Positions 1 through 14,237 of a stretch of DNA of 64,000 nt are shown here, in pieces. The notes under the pieces were generated by a model that was not told the origin of the DNA, ran no database searches, and saw only the letters and a program-made list of their open reading frames with translations. Both the position numbers and the translations under genes were made by a program. Location: assembly GCA_951406725.2 (NCBI GenBank), contig OX597831.1, positions 57,908,001-57,972,000 on the forward strand, given 5' to 3'. This DNA comes from Octopus vulgaris. Its lineage: Eukaryota. Numbering within the stretch: position 1 is the stretch's first letter; every line of letters begins with the position of its first letter.

Positions 1-46
1 GTCTGACTCATACAAGCATGGAAAAGTGATTGCTAAACAATTATAA

Positions 47-87
<41 letters not shown>

Positions 88-132
88 ACATGGGACGAAG
101 TACTGGAGGACAACCTCAGGACACTGTACCTA

Positions 133-718
133 ACATCATCATCGTTTAACGTCTGCTTTCCATGCTAGCATGGGTTGGATGGTTTGACTGGGGTCTGGGA
201 AGCCAGGAGGCTGCACCAAGCTCCTTTCTGATATGGCAGTGTTTCTACAGCTGGATACCCTTCCTAACGCCAACCACTCCATGAGTGTAGTGGGTGCTTT
301 TTATGTGCCAGGCGAGGCTGGCAATGGAACCGATCGGTTGGTGCTTTTCACGTGCCACCGGCGAGGTAATAAAAAAAGGATCAAGATATCTATTCCCTTA
401 CTGCACTCAAGAAAACCCATCCTCTACAGCAGATGTGTTAAAGCTTCTCCCACTGATGAAGATGATTAACCTGTGAGATCCCTGTGCCCATGCCACATAC
501 AAATCACCCGTGCCGACCCTGTGTCAAATCACTCATGCTTGTGCCAAGTTAAAAGTACCCAGCACACAGTGTAAAGTGGTTGGTGTTAGGAAGGGCATCC
601 GACCATAGAAACCAAGCCAAATCATACTGGAGTCTGGTACATCTCTCTGGATTGCCAGCTATGGCCAAACCTTCCAACCCATGCCAGCATGGAAAACAGA
701 CATTAAATGATGATGATG
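133..718. repeat. Copies of the RTE-3'UTR-derived repeat (family A) in both orientations
   Basis: catcatcgtttaacgtc...ccatgctagcatgggttgga...ctacagctggatgcccttcctaacgccaaccac. Further copies near 1003-1120, 3165-3420, 6960-7555, 9933-10255, 16075-16582, 41280-41712, 58334-58628 and 60098-60242. Confidence 0.8.
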
Positions 719-1218
719 TTGATATATGTATGTGTGTGTGCTTCTATATATGTTTAAGAAAAATAAGAAAATAGAGATAATTAAATTAATAATTACTTAT
801 TAATTTAATTATTTCTATTTTCTGATTTTCTTAAATATATATAAACCTTGGTTTATCCAATTACCTTACAGTTGAATATTAAATGTAATATTCAATCCTT
901 TTAGTAATGGGTAATAAACCAGTGCATTCATTGGATTTTATTATCCCTTATTGAGTTTTTTAACCTCCAATTAAACATACATACATACATACATAAATAT
1001 ATCATCATCATCATTTAACGTCCGCTTTCCATGCTAGCATGGATTGGACGATTTGACTGAGGTCGGGCGAACCAGACTCCAATCTGATCTGGCAGAGTTT
1101 CTACAGCTGGATTCCCTTCCATATATATACATACACATATATATGTATATATATGTATATATATATATGTATATATATCTATATCTATCTATCTATCTAT
1201 CTATACATACATACATAC

Positions 1219-1271
<53 letters not shown>

Positions 1272-1550
1272 CATAAATGTATGTATGAATGTATGTGCAT
1301 ATATGTATGGGTGTGAGCGTGTATATGGTTGTGTTACTTTGGCATTGTGTAAATGTGTGTCACTGTCATACAAGAAGTGTTATTCATTTTGAATATTCTG
1401 CGAAAATATATCTGTTGCTTAGCAACAGGTGAGAGCTAGCAACAGGAATGGCATCTGACCCAAGAAAATCTGACTTGATAAATACCACCCAGTTCATGCA
1501 ACCATGGTAAATTGGACTTTAAAACAATGTTAGTGATGATGATGGTAGTG

Positions 1551-1606
<56 letters not shown>

Positions 1607-1611
1607 TATAC

Positions 1612-1665
<54 letters not shown>

Positions 1666-1844
1666 AAATTTATAAGTTTAAATTATTTAAATAATTTTTA
1701 AATTTTAACTTTTATATTTTTTAAATTAATTTTATTTCTATGTATTGGCTTATGATTTTCACTGTTTGAATTGCCTAATAGTGGTTTTATCTCTAATTTA
1801 ATATAATATATTTATACTATAAAATTGGATTTAATATATACACA

Positions 1845-3137
1845 CAAGGGTTGGACAAAATAATAGAAAAACCTTAAAATTTCAAACAAATTTATTTTAA
1901 CATGGGGTAGGACTACATTTGGCAGTAATTACAGCTTGAATTCTATGAAGTATGGACACCTGCAAAGTTTGAATTGTTTTCAAAGGAATTTTTGTCCATT
2001 TTTCAGCTAAAACAGTCCCCAGTTCTTGTAGTGATAATAGTGGAGGATATCATCATCATCATCATCGTTTAACGTCCGTTTTGCTTTTTACGTGAGGATA
2101 TCGACTTCTTACTTGTTTTTCAAAAAAGCACCATAAATATTCAATAATATTCAGATCTGGGGACTGTGGTGGCCGGATAAAATGTTCAACTTCACTAGAA
2201 TGTTCTTCATGCCATTCAGTAACAACTTTAGCTGTGTGAATTGGTGCATTATCATCCTAAAAGATCGCGTTTCCCTCCGGAAACAGAACCTCATGAATTT
2301 GATCAGATAAAATGCTTAAATAGTCGTGACTATTAATTCTGCCATGAAGGAAAACCGTTGGTCTGGCAGATTTCCATGATATAGCCCCGCCACCCAGATC
2401 ATTGAGGATACTCTTCCATGTTTAACAGTTGGAAGAAGGCAGTCTGGGTCAACTGCTTCTTTTGGCTGTCTCCAAACGTATATTTGGATGGTGGTCAGAA
2501 ATAAAGTAAAGGATGAATCGTCTCTCTATGTACCAATTCTGTAGGTTTTTACTCCACTCTAAATGCTTTGCAACATTTGGTTTTGAAAGCAGTGGTTTTC
2601 TGATTGCAGCCTTCCCATGAAATCTGGCTTTGTGCAGCTCCCGGTGAACAATTTTGTGGAAACTGGGTTATCGGTGTCGTTAAGCTGTGCAGTAATTTTG
2701 GGAGCTGGACTTTTGTGATCCTTTCTAACAATTTGTGTAAGAACCTGACGGTCCCTATCTGAAAGTTTTGGTTTTCTTCCGGAGTTTTGTTTCAATGCAG
2801 AGATTTTTCCCTCTTTCTCAAAGGCTGTCATTACTTTCGAGACAGTACTTCTTGATACACCAAACATTTCAGCTGTTTTCGTAATACTAGCACCTGCCAT
2901 ATGAGCACCAACGATTTGACCTCTTTAAATGTCCAATAGATCTGTTATTTTAATGAATTTTAATTACCTTTTTATGAAGATATCTGAAAAGAAACTGCAA
3001 TTTTAGCAAAACATTTCAGGCAACACTAATAATAAATCAAAAAACATAAAAATAAACAAGCTTTTGACAGTTTTATAGATATTTCAAAATTATGATGCTA
3101 TGATACTAGGTATTTCCATTGTTTTGTCCAACCCCTG
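1845..3137 (-). mobile_element. Tc1-family (DD34E-type) DNA transposon, full-length but with degenerate transposase
   Basis: TIRs CA(A/G)GGGTTGGACAAAA(T/C)AAT(A/G)GAAA at both ends, with TA after the right end. Minus-strand transposase fragments: AGASITKTAEMFGVSRSTVSKV (HTH), SGRKPKL, DESSF, TVKHG, DDNAPIH, PPQSPDLNIIE, broken by frameshifts and stops. Confidence 0.9.
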
Positions 3138-3461
3138 TATATATATTTTATTTATTTTTATATTGCTTTCCATGCTAGCATGGGTTGGACGATTTTGACT
3201 GAGGGCTGGTGAACCAGATGGCTGCACCAGGCTCCAATCTTGATTTGGCAGAGTTTCTACAGCTGGATGCCCTTCCTAAAGCCAACCTCTCTGAGAGTGT
3301 AGTGGCTGATTTTTACGTGCCACCGGCACAGGGGCCAGTTAGGCGGTACTGGCAACGACCTCACTCAAATCTTTTTACACATGCCACCAGCACAGGTGCC
3401 AGTAGGCGACGTTGGTAATGCCCTTTTTAGTTGGCTGCTCTATCATGCTCAGATGGATAGC

Positions 3462-3518
<57 letters not shown>

Positions 3519-3585
3519 TATTTTTATATTAATAGAGTTAGAAGATAAGATACATGTTTATTATTCTAGATAGATATATAGATAA

Positions 3586-3662
<77 letters not shown>

Positions 3663-4331
3663 CTTACAGATAAACAGACACCAGGCAGACAGACTAATTG
3701 AGAAACAAATATAAGAGAAGACCTGATGATGTGTGCAATTATAGCTTATCATAAAGTAAAAATGGGGGTACGAATAGTTGTTGGGACGTTTAATAAATAT
3801 GCATCTGGGCCTTTGGCTAACTTTGAGTCTGTTTGCTATCTTTCCTGTTGTTAATCTTTCCTGTTGTTAATCAACTCAGCTCTCTGTCACTTGATATCTG
3901 TCTTGAACCTATGTTATCTCTGCTTGTATGCCAACCACTTTCAGCAGGAAGTGGGTGCATTGTTTATCATTTCTAGTGAGTAGCCTTGTGCTTCGCAAGA
4001 AACTGAAATTCTTACTATTCTATATAGTTTCTAGTCGTTGAGGATGTTATGACTTTCAGAGTTGATAAAGGTAGGACTATTGTAGAAGATGGACTGGAGC
4101 AAAAGGAAGAAAGAAGCAAGAGTAAGATGAAGAAAACTGAGTGGTTGGAGTGACAGTGTAGAAGAAGAGAGAGAAACGAGAGGGATAGTATGAGAAAGTG
4201 GACTAGAAGAAAGATAGTCATGGCAGTATGCAGTGACAGTGGGGGGAAGGGGGCAGTAGTTGCAAAAAGAGTTAACTAAGTACAGCTGCATATTTGCTGG
4301 TGAATGAGCAAGCAATGGATAATCATAGGAC

Positions 4332-5150
4332 TCATCATCTTCATCATCATCGTTTAAAGTCTGTTCTCCATGCTAGCACGGGTTGGACGGTTTGACTGGG
4401 GTCTGGGAAGCCAGGAGGCTGCACCAGGCTCCAGTCTGATCTGGCAGTGTTTCTACAGCTGGATGCCCTTCCTAACGCCAACCACTCCGTAAGTGTAGTG
4501 GGTGCATTTCACGTGCCACCGGCACAGGTACCAGGGGAGGCTGGCAGTGGCCACAATTGGTTGGTGCGTTTTACATGTCACTGGCACAGAAGCCAGTCAA
4601 GGCGGTGCTGGCATCGGCCATGTTCGGATGGTGCTTTTTATGTGCCACTGGCACAGGTATCACAACTACAATTTCCATTTGATTTTTATTTTGATGTTGA
4701 TGTACTTGACTCAATAGTTCTCCTCAAGCACAGCAGGTTGTTCTGCAATCCAAGATACTTTGAATGGGCTGGGGCTTCTATGTGAAGCTGGTGCAGGAAA
4801 CAGCCACAAACTCACGTTATTTGTCAGGTCTTTGCAGTCACAGCATATCTCTAGAGATTTCGGTCTTTCGTCATTGCCTCTGTGAGGCCCAACGTTTGGA
4901 GGTCATGCTTGTCTACCTCATCCCATTTCTTCCTGGGTCTACCTCTCCCCCAGATACCTTCAACTGTTTGGGAGTGGCACTTCTTCACACATCTCTCCTT
5001 ACCCATCCGCTGTACATGACCATACCAGCACAAACGTCTCTCTTGCACACCACATTTGATGCTTCTTATGTCCAGCATTTCTCTCAAGGAGCTTACACTC
5101 TGTCGTGTGTGCACACTAACATTACACATCCAGTGGATCATGCTAACTTC
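4332..5150 (-). mobile_element. 5'-truncated RTE-clade LINE (ORF C-terminus + 3' UTR + (GAT)n tail)
   Basis: ORF 4851-5153 RRLCWYGHVQRM...EGIWGRGRPRKKWDEV...DL..LGL is typical of an RTE C-terminus. It runs into the abundant repeat ending CCATGCTAGCATGG...GACGTTAAACGATGATG. Confidence 0.8.
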
Positions 5151-5154
5151 CACA

Positions 5155-5603
5155 ATTTTTGTCCTTGGGTAGCAACTGTTATTTCCTATTTGTTTACTCC
5201 TAGAAAGTATGAAAAATGGCTAATATTTCCTTCAAACTTTGCTTTTGTTACATTTATTCAAACCTCAAAGAATCCCTCTCAGCACATGGCTATGATGCTC
5301 CTCAACAACTCCTCTGCTCATGATCAGAGATGCACATATTGTCAGCCACCAAGGGACATGCTCAAGTGGTTAGGGTCAAGCAACTGACAAGCGAATTTGT
5401 ATTATTGAGCAGAATATTTGCTATAATGATATTTCTGCTTCAGCAACTCAGCACTGAATCTATCTGAAATGTAATGGGGAAATAGTTTCAAAACATTGAT
5501 GTCCCAGTCACAAAAGCAAAGTTTGAAGGAAATATTTGTCATTTCCTTTGATTTCTAGATAGAAGCAAATAGGAAATAACACTTACTGACCAAAGACAAA
5601 AAA
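5155..5603. mobile_element. MITE-like element with ~95-bp imperfect inverted ends
   Basis: tttttgtccttgg...gttatttcctatttg...atatttccttcaaactttgcttttg is inverted at caaaagcaaagtttgaaggaaatat...caaataggaaataac...ccaaagacaaaaa. Confidence 0.6.
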
Positions 5604-6387
5604 TAAAATTAAAATTTTGTTACGTTGTGTAATGAGTGATCTGGGGGTGAGGGAAAGATCCCTAGCTGTACTGGGGAGCAAATGGAGAGAGATTCAATAC
5701 AATCAATTGTGACTTAGGTATTTATGTTTTTATCTTTTGTTTGTTGGGGTCATTGCACTCTGGCCATGCTGAGATACTACCATGAAGGGTTTTAGTTGAA
5801 TAAACTGATTTATGTATATTTTAAGTCTGGAACTTAATCTGTCAGTTTCTTTTGCCCAACTGCTAATGTTATGGGGGATGTAAACAAGCCAACATAGGTG
5901 TTATCAAGTGATGGTGGGAAACAAGCACCAACACAAACACTAACATAAAGTCATGTACGCGCATGTGCACACAAACACACCCACACACATGGTGGGCTTC
6001 CATGCAGTTTCCCTCTATCAAATTCACTCACAAGGCATTGGTCGGCAAAGAGCTATAGCAGAGGACACTTTCCCAGGTACTATGTTTTGGGATTGAACCT
6101 GGAATCACTTGGTTGAAAATCAAGCTTCTAACCACACAGTCATACTTATGTTGCTCTCTCTCTGTCTCTCTCCTACCACTCCTCCCATATATCATCATCC
6201 ATTTATGTACATTTTCCATTCTGGCATGGCTTTGATGGTTTGACCAGAGCTGGCAAGCCAGAAAGCAGCAGCAGGTTCTAGTCTGATTTGGTTTGGTTTC
6301 TATGGTTGGATGTCCTTCCTAATGCCAAACACTTTACAGTCTTCACTAGGTGCTTTTAACATGTCCATCTGTATATAATCACAGGCA

Positions 6388-6757
6388 TCTCTATATATAT
6401 AAACAGCAAAATGTCTGTCTGTGTGTGTGTCCTTTATACAAATCCACAATTTTTCAGTTAGAGGGCTTGTACTTTCTATGGTCATTCAAAACCGTCCAAG
6501 GGTGGTCATGCACATCTTTACATTTCCCCAGTCACCCAACAAAGTCATTAAAAAATCAATAAAATTGACTTTTTTGTGAATTTTCTATCCAAAACCCAAT
6601 CAAAATGCCCGGAACTTGATATGCCAATTGAATGCCAGCTAGCTGTATGTGATTGGTTGGAGATTTGGACAATACTCGCGTGTATGTGTGCACACATGCA
6701 GCTGTATATGCATGCACTAGCACTATGACCCCATGTTGCCGGGTCATATGTTGCTAG
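6388..6757 (+). mobile_element. Non-autonomous Helitron
   Basis: Inserted between A and T; 5' TC(TCTATATATATAAA), subterminal hairpin tatgaccc...gggtcata, 3' CTAG; no TSD. Confidence 0.8.
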
Positions 6758-8137
6758 TAACTATTATTTACTATATATTCCATTTGATGTAGCACCACTC
6801 AGTAAAACACTGATCCGAAACCTATTGTTTACTCTTCAAATAATCTCATACAAACAGGAAAGATAAATTTTGTATTTATATACGCATACATGTATTTATG
6901 CACATACATACATATGCATCAATGCTTTCTTTCTCTTTCTCTCACCTTTTTCTGTGTTATTGCCTCACTGGCACTTGTGCTGGTGGCACGTGAACAAAAC
7001 ATTCGAGCGAGGTCGTTGCCATTACTGCTGGACTGACTCCTGTGCAGGTGGCACGTAAAAAACACCATTTTTGAGTGTGGTCATTGCCAGTACCTATTTC
7101 TTTATTACCTACAAGGGGCTAAACACAGAGAGGACAAACAAGGACAGATAAAGGGATTAAGTCGATTATATCGACCTCAGTGCGTAAATGGTACTTAATT
7201 TATCAACCCTAAAAGGATGAAAGGCAAAGTCGACCTCGGCGGAATTTGAACTCACAACGTAACAGCAGATGAAATACCGCTAAGCATTTTGCCTGGCGTG
7301 CTAACGTTTCTGCCAGCACGCCATTGCCAGTACTGCCAGACTGGCCCTTGTGCCAGTGGCACTTTAAAAGCACGCACTACACTCTCGGAGTGGTTGGCAT
7401 TAGGTAGGGCATCCGGCTGTAGAAACTCTAGCAGATCAGATTGGAGTCTGGTGCAGCCATCTGGTTCGCGAGACCTCAGTCAAATTGTCCAACCCATGCT
7501 AGCATGGAAAGTGGACGTTAAACGATGATGATGATGATGATGATGTTGATGATGATACATGTGGCCTAATTGCTCAGTGGATACATAGTGTACATATTCA
7601 GTTTGTATAGTTTAACATATAAGCTTTACATACACTTCGTATATACACATACAATATTATTGTTAAAGTTCAGTCTTCTGTTCTTCTGACAGTATTTAAT
7701 CTTATTTGGAAGAAATACAAAAGCTAGTTTATCAAATTTCTTTAAAATTACCCTGTGCCCTTTGGCCCTCTATTACAAATGAGATAAGATTATCCCCCAA
7801 ATCCTGTATTTCACAGGTTGCTTATCAAACACTAAGGGCAACTTCCTGAACACAATATGCCTGACAGCTTTATTTGCTTTGCTCTTATAATTGTTATTTA
7901 TTTTCATTCTTCTTTTTTTTTAGAATTTGTTTTTAAACTTGCATCTGCATGTGTAACTAGACTGAATAAAGTATACATACATATACACATGCAAGCATGT
8001 GTGTGTGTGTGTGTGTGTGCACATTCATATATATTTATACATATAAATATATTTATATATATAAATATATTATATATAAATAAATATATATAAATATATT
8101 TATATATATAAATATATTATATATAAATAAATATATG

Positions 8138-8169
<32 letters not shown>

Positions 8170-8767
8170 TATATGTATGCATGTGTATGTATATATATAT
8201 ATTCATTCATCAGTGTCAAGTACACACACACACACACACACACCTACACCCATGCATTCATACATCTGCTGGTTCCTAGATACTTAGATGTCACCAGATT
8301 TCTGTCCAGTAGTGAAATTTTTTTCCCATGAGAGTTCTGGTTTTTCTGTCCTTGTTTTCATATACATTCGCTGCTTTCTTTCAAGGAATCTAGTGTTCTT
8401 AGCTTAGTTTTTCCTTGGGGGTGGCCATATTGGAGCAATCTCGAGTATAATAAGCTGAATTTGCAAAGATAATCTGGTACTTGACTGAAGAAAGAAAACT
8501 GCGAATGAAACGTCCTTGTTTTTTTGTATCGTCTGTTTGGATGTTTTGTTGTCCCTTTTTTGTATCATCTGTCTGAATGTTTTGCGTTCTTGTCTCATTT
8601 TTGGCATTCCTTTTTATATAAATATAGCGGCGTACATACACTTTGGTCTCTTATATATATGTATATATATATATATGCCTGCATATATGTTCTTTATAAT
8701 TAAAACCAATTCTACATTTCTAAAATCTATTGCAGACTTTTAGTGCAGTTGGTGACCTCATTCAAAA

Positions 8768-9029
8768 ATGGCATCTATTTACGATCACATTTTCAAGAAG
8801 GGTTCCTTAACACCAGCCTTGGTAGAAAAAGCACGAATCGAGCTTTATGAAACTAAAGATAAACAAACAATATGTATCAATGAGTTGCGCAAAGTTATAT
8901 TGGAGAATAAAAGTTGTGATGAAGGGCAGGAAGTCTTTGAAATGGTAGAGAAGAAAGATGATGATTTTTTACTGAGATTTCTACGGGCCCGGAAGTTTGA
9001 TGTCAAGAAAACATATGGATTATTAAAAG
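8768..9029 (+). CDS. RLBP1: RLBP1-like coding exon 1 (CRAL-TRIO N-terminal domain)
   Basis: ATG in AAAATGG context; MASIYDHIFKK...KKDDDFLLRFLRARKFDVKKTYGLLK; donor AAAG|GTAAGA, phase 1. A possible acceptor TTGCAG ends at 8735, which would imply an upstream UTR exon. Confidence 0.9.
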
Positions 9030-12000
9030 GTAAGATATATGATGTATGCATGATTATATGTAAGTACGTATGAATGCATATGGAAGTGTGTGGCTTAGCG
9101 GTTAGGATTTTTGGCTCATGATCATAAAGTTGTGATTTTCATTCCTGGTGGTGCATTCTGTCCTTCAGCAAATCACTTTATTTCGTAGTGGGGGCACATG
9201 GCCTAGTAGTTAGAGCAGCAGACTCGTTGCCGAGGGATCATGGGTTCGAATCTCAAACCGGGCGATGTGTGTGTTTATGAGCAAAAGCACCTAAGCTTCA
9301 CGCAGCTCCGGCAGAAGGTAAGGGCGAACTTCTGCTGACTCTTTCACCACAACTTTCTCTCACTCTTTCCTCCTACATCTTGCAGCTCACCTGCGATGGA
9401 CCGGCGTCCCATCCAGGTGGGGAACCTATACGCCAAGGAAACCGGGAAACCGGCCCTTATGAGCCAGGCATGGCTTGAGAAGGAACAAACAACTTTATTT
9501 CATGCTACTTCACTCTGCTCAAGTGGCAAAAATGAGTAGTACCATCTTGTTTCCATGTCTGTAGGCTGAGTTGGTTCGTTAGAGAAACTCTTTGACATCC
9601 TTTAAAAGGGATGAGGATTTTTTTTCCTTTATCCATTTTTCCTTTTCTATCTTTTTTTCTTTTCTTCCTCTCTTTCCATCCCTTGAATGAGTTGATTAAT
9701 TTATTACTGTGTGTATTTAACATCAAACTAGCATCCCCTATACACGCTCTCAAAGGACCAACCTTCTCACATTCTGCTGTGTTGCACTGAATCTCATTGA
9801 AACTACATTAAAGGGTACGCATGTCCATGGAGTACTCAACCACTTGCATGTTAATTTCACAAGTAGGCTGTTCCATTGGTCGGATCAACTGGAACCCCTA
9901 TCATCGTTATTGACAGAGAGCCATTCTTAATGTCATCATCATCATCATCATCGTTTAACATCTGCTTTCCATGCTAGCATGGGTTGGATGATTTGACTGA
10001 GGTCTGGCGAACCAGATGGCTGCACCAGACTCAAATCTGATCTGGCAGAGTTTCTACAGCTGGATGCCCTTCCTAACGCCAACCACTCTGAGAGTGTAGC
10101 GGGCGCTTTTACATGCCACCAGCACGAGGGCCAGTCAGGCAGTACTGGCGATGGCCATGCTCAAATGGTGCTTTTTATGTGCCACCCGCACAGGACCCAG
10201 TCCAGCGGCACTGGCAACGACATGCCACCAGCACAAGTACAAGTAAGGCGATGCATATATATATATGTGTGTGTAAGTGTGTATATGTATGAATGAATGT
10301 GAATATTTATACATCTCATCACCTACTCCTACATTTAACTTCGTCTTCCTGTTATTACCAGTCACTACCCCTCTAGCTGACCACCTCTACAAACTCCTAC
10401 TTTCCTCACATCATGCTCTTATTCCTTCCACCCTCCTACCCATCTTAGTCCTACTAATGTCATTTTACATTTTTCCTTTTCTTTCTCTTCAGTTCTCCCC
10501 CTCTCTGACCTGTACAAATGTACACATCCTAACTTATTGAGCATTCTCTATACCTACATTTGCGGCACCTGCCAGATGCAGTGTTTGTCCAGGATAGGAC
10601 TACACAGCCACAGCAGGAAATGTATTAGGACATGAAATGTAAAAGCCGGACTAGATTATTTTATGCGCAACTCCATTGTCTCCCAAGACAAAAAGGATGC
10701 CAATAACAATACCTACATATATTCTCCCTTATCCCCATATCCTTGGCTCTCTCATACTCATTTCTGGCCTTCCCATCACCATTGTTTCCTTCCCATATTT
10801 ACTCTACATTTATTCTGTACCAAACCCCGCCCCACACTGTAGAGTGATTGGCTGAATGAATAGAGTGAGCAAGGATTACAACGGATTCCCAGTCCTGGTC
10901 CAGTCTTGTCAAAACTATTCAACCTCTCTTGTGTTGGAGTCACATAAAACAAACACCTAGTACACTCTGTATAGTAGTTGGTATTAGAAAGGGTCTCCAG
11001 CCATACAAGCCAAGCTAAATGACATGCATGGATCATCATCTTTCAGAGCTGTAGCTCTCAATAGAAGGTGACTTGGACTGTGATGACTAGTTTAACCCAT
11101 GCCAGTATGAAAATTTCTTTACTACTCACAAGGGGTTAAAACCAGAGGGGACAAACAAGGACAGACAAACGGATTAAGTCGATTATATCGACTCCAGTGC
11201 ATAACTGGTACTTATTTAATCAACCCTGAAAGGATGGAAGGCAAAGTCAACCTCGGCGGAATTTGAACTCAGAACGTAGCGGCAGATGAAATACTGCTAA
11301 GCATTTCGCCCCGTGTGCTAACGATTCTGCCAGCTTGCCACCATGATTATGATGATAATGTATGTATGAACATGCATTTTCACTGGAATTGGATACCAAC
11401 TTGGTATCCACATATGTATGGTTTTTCTTTGAGTTTAATTTAAGTTCTTGAGAGAGTTAAAGCTCTTTTTTTTTAGTTAAGAGAGTTTCCTGTATTTGTA
11501 AATATGTGATTGAGTTGGTGTGTTGGTTCAACTGTCAATATATTCACCCAAGTGTGTACATCTATTTAAATAAGAATCCTCGCGTGGCGGCAGCAGCTTT
11601 TCCTGCCATTTTGGGTAATTTCCTAAACTGATAACTTGCTTTCACAGTCTCAGAGATATTACTGTTGATACTATATGCTTTGATTTAATACATGGAAAAT
11701 ACTTCTTTTGAATTTCTTCTAGGCACTCTTGTATTCTTGTTAAATTCCTTTTTCTCACCCCAGTTTTTTTTTTTTACTCACAGGACACCTAAAATTTCAT
11801 AAAAACTACCCTCAACTCACATCCGACCTCACTTTAGAATCAGTTCAGCCCTGCCTTGAGCGAGGTTACCCTTGTCTGTTACCCCTAAGAGACAAAGAGG
11901 TATGTAATAATTCAAAAAGAACATCTTTTCATTCTGTATCTCTAAATTATATTTAGTTGTACAAAGACAAGAGAATTTATGAGTTCAACTACTGAAGAAG

Positions 12001-12620
12001 AATAAAATTAGTACATTATTTACATCATTTACATTTGATGGATATTAGTGTCAAAATAGTAGCCCAGTGGCTTCTGAATTCATATTTTCTATCACCAAGT
12101 TGTATGAATGAAAAAAAAAAACTATTCTGAGGAAAGATGGTGATTCTGATAGCAATGCCTCTTGTATAACATTTGCTAGAGTGGAGAAAGAAGACTTGCA
12201 TGCATGGGTAATTGCCAGTCTTTTACTAACAACAAAATAAAAAGAACTTGCTCAAGCCTGCTCTGAAGAGAAACTTCCCAATCTATGTATGCATGAAAAA
12301 AATGTCTGTAAAATTAATCCTTTCTACTATGGGTAGAAAGTCTGAAATTTTGGGGAAGAGGAATAGTCAATCACATTGACCCCCAGGGCTCAACTGGTAC
12401 TTATTTTACTGATCTCAAAAAAATGAAAAGCAAAGTTGATCTTAGTGGAAAAATGGATGTAAAAATTGACCCTAGGACTTATTCTTTGTAAGCCTAGTAC
12501 TTATTCTATTGGTCTCTTTTGCCGAACCGCCAAGTTACGGGGACGTAAACACACCAACATCGGTTGTCAAGCGATGTTGGGGTGGACAAACACAGACACA
12601 CAAACATATAGACACACATG

Positions 12621-12662
<42 letters not shown>

Positions 12663-14200
12663 CACATATATACGACGGGTTTGTTTCAGTTTCCATCTAC
12701 CAAATCCACTCACAAGGCTTTGGTTGGCCCGAGGCTATAGTAGAAGACACTTGCCCAAGGTGCCATGCAGTGGGACTGAACCTGAAACCATGTGGTTCAT
12801 AAGCAAGCTACTTACCACACAGCCACTCCTACGCTTAATTGTAATTATCTTTCAGAGAGTGAGAATTGTTAGCATGCTGGGCAAAATGCTTAGCAGCATT
12901 TTGTCATTCTTTATGTTCTGAGTTCAAATTCAGCCAAGGCTGACTTTGCCTCTCATCCTTTCGAGATCAATGAAATAAGTACCAGTTACACATTGAGGTC
13001 GACTATCCCTCTTCCCCAAAATTTCAGACCATGTCCCTATAGTAGAAAGGATCATTGTAATTATCTTTATGTATTTCCCATCAAATGCTACAATTTAAGA
13101 ATTTCGTTTTCATGTCAAATTCTTTTGCAGGGAAGGACTGTGTTCTGTTTTAGTATCGAAAATTGGGACAAGAATGAATTCCCTTTCCTGGTAATAATGA
13201 GGGCTTACCTCTATTTATTACAAAAGCTCATCGTCAACCACCAGACACAAGTTACCGGTTGTGTTCTTATTGAGAATTTCTACAATTACTCCTTGAAACA
13301 GGCATGGGGCCTGAAAACATCAGAGTTAAAAGCAATGGTGGATATTCTTCAGGTAAGGTTTCATTTTTTTTCTCATAAGATTTACTTGTTTGGAAGTGGT
13401 GATGTAGTGAGAATGGGCATCTTCTCGCTTTGACCGGCAGATTTTTAAAATAATTTCACCGCAAATAAATGTCATTGACACACTATGGCAGAAATTGAAT
13501 TCACCTCAATAGACGTCATTGATTGGTTGAAATTGCCGAAATGCAAGAAATTAAAGATCAAATAGCTTACAGACTACAGAATTTTCTCAAGAAAGCCAAG
13601 AGAAAAAGATGTTTTGTAAACACATTCTGCCAGTATACGAAGTTTAGTTACGTGGAAATTATTTTAAAAATCTGCCGGTCAAAGCTAAAAGATCCGAGAA
13701 TGGTAATGTGATGGTGGTGGGGGTAACAATTATTTTTATTTTTTATTTTTATTTCTTTATTGGCACTCACCATTGGACTGCCTTTTTCAGTTGTTTTTGT
13801 TTTATATTGATCTTTGTTTTTGAACCATTAATCCTTTGACTGTGGACAGTTTGACAGGAGGTGATAAACCATAGGGTTGCATACTGTCTCTTTTGGCATG
13901 GTTTTTATGGCTGGATGCCCTTTCTAATGCCAACAACCAAACAGAATGGATTGGGTGCTTTTTACATAGCACCCTCACCAGTGAGATCTGCTTCGGCATC
14001 ATTTTTACAACTGGATGCCCTTCCAAATGCCAATCACTTTACTGTGTGGGATTGGATGATTTTTTACATGGCACCAGCACCAGTGAGGTCACCAAGTAAC
14101 TTGCAAGACAAAGATCCTCTGAGAGGGGGAGAGTATGAGAGTATTGAAAGAGGTCGCTTTGTTCCAGGTGAAGAAAGTTTTGAGTATGACAGAGGGACAG

Positions 14201-14237
<37 letters not shown>

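Noticed and set aside
445-480. CTGATGAAG motif
   Set aside because: No downstream stem II/GAAA half is present.
4440-4660. Regularly spaced gtgctttttacgtgccac repeats resembling a CRISPR array
   Set aside because: These are internal subrepeats of a LINE 3' UTR in eukaryotic DNA. The repeats are degenerate, the spacers are related to each other, and there are no cas genes.
8478-8520. CTGAAGA...GAAACGTC hammerhead-like motif upstream of the RLBP1-like ATG
   Set aside because: Stems I and II cannot be paired convincingly. At best it is a decayed relative of the 52211 family.
9190-9270. tRNA-like sequences (also 23360, 42060, 50810)
   Set aside because: These are SINE or element heads with A/B boxes but no complete cloverleaf or acceptor stem, so they are not called as tRNA genes.
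12993-13433. 146-aa ORF as a stand-alone gene
   Set aside because: It is exon 3 of the RLBP1-like gene plus in-frame intronic and SINE sequence.
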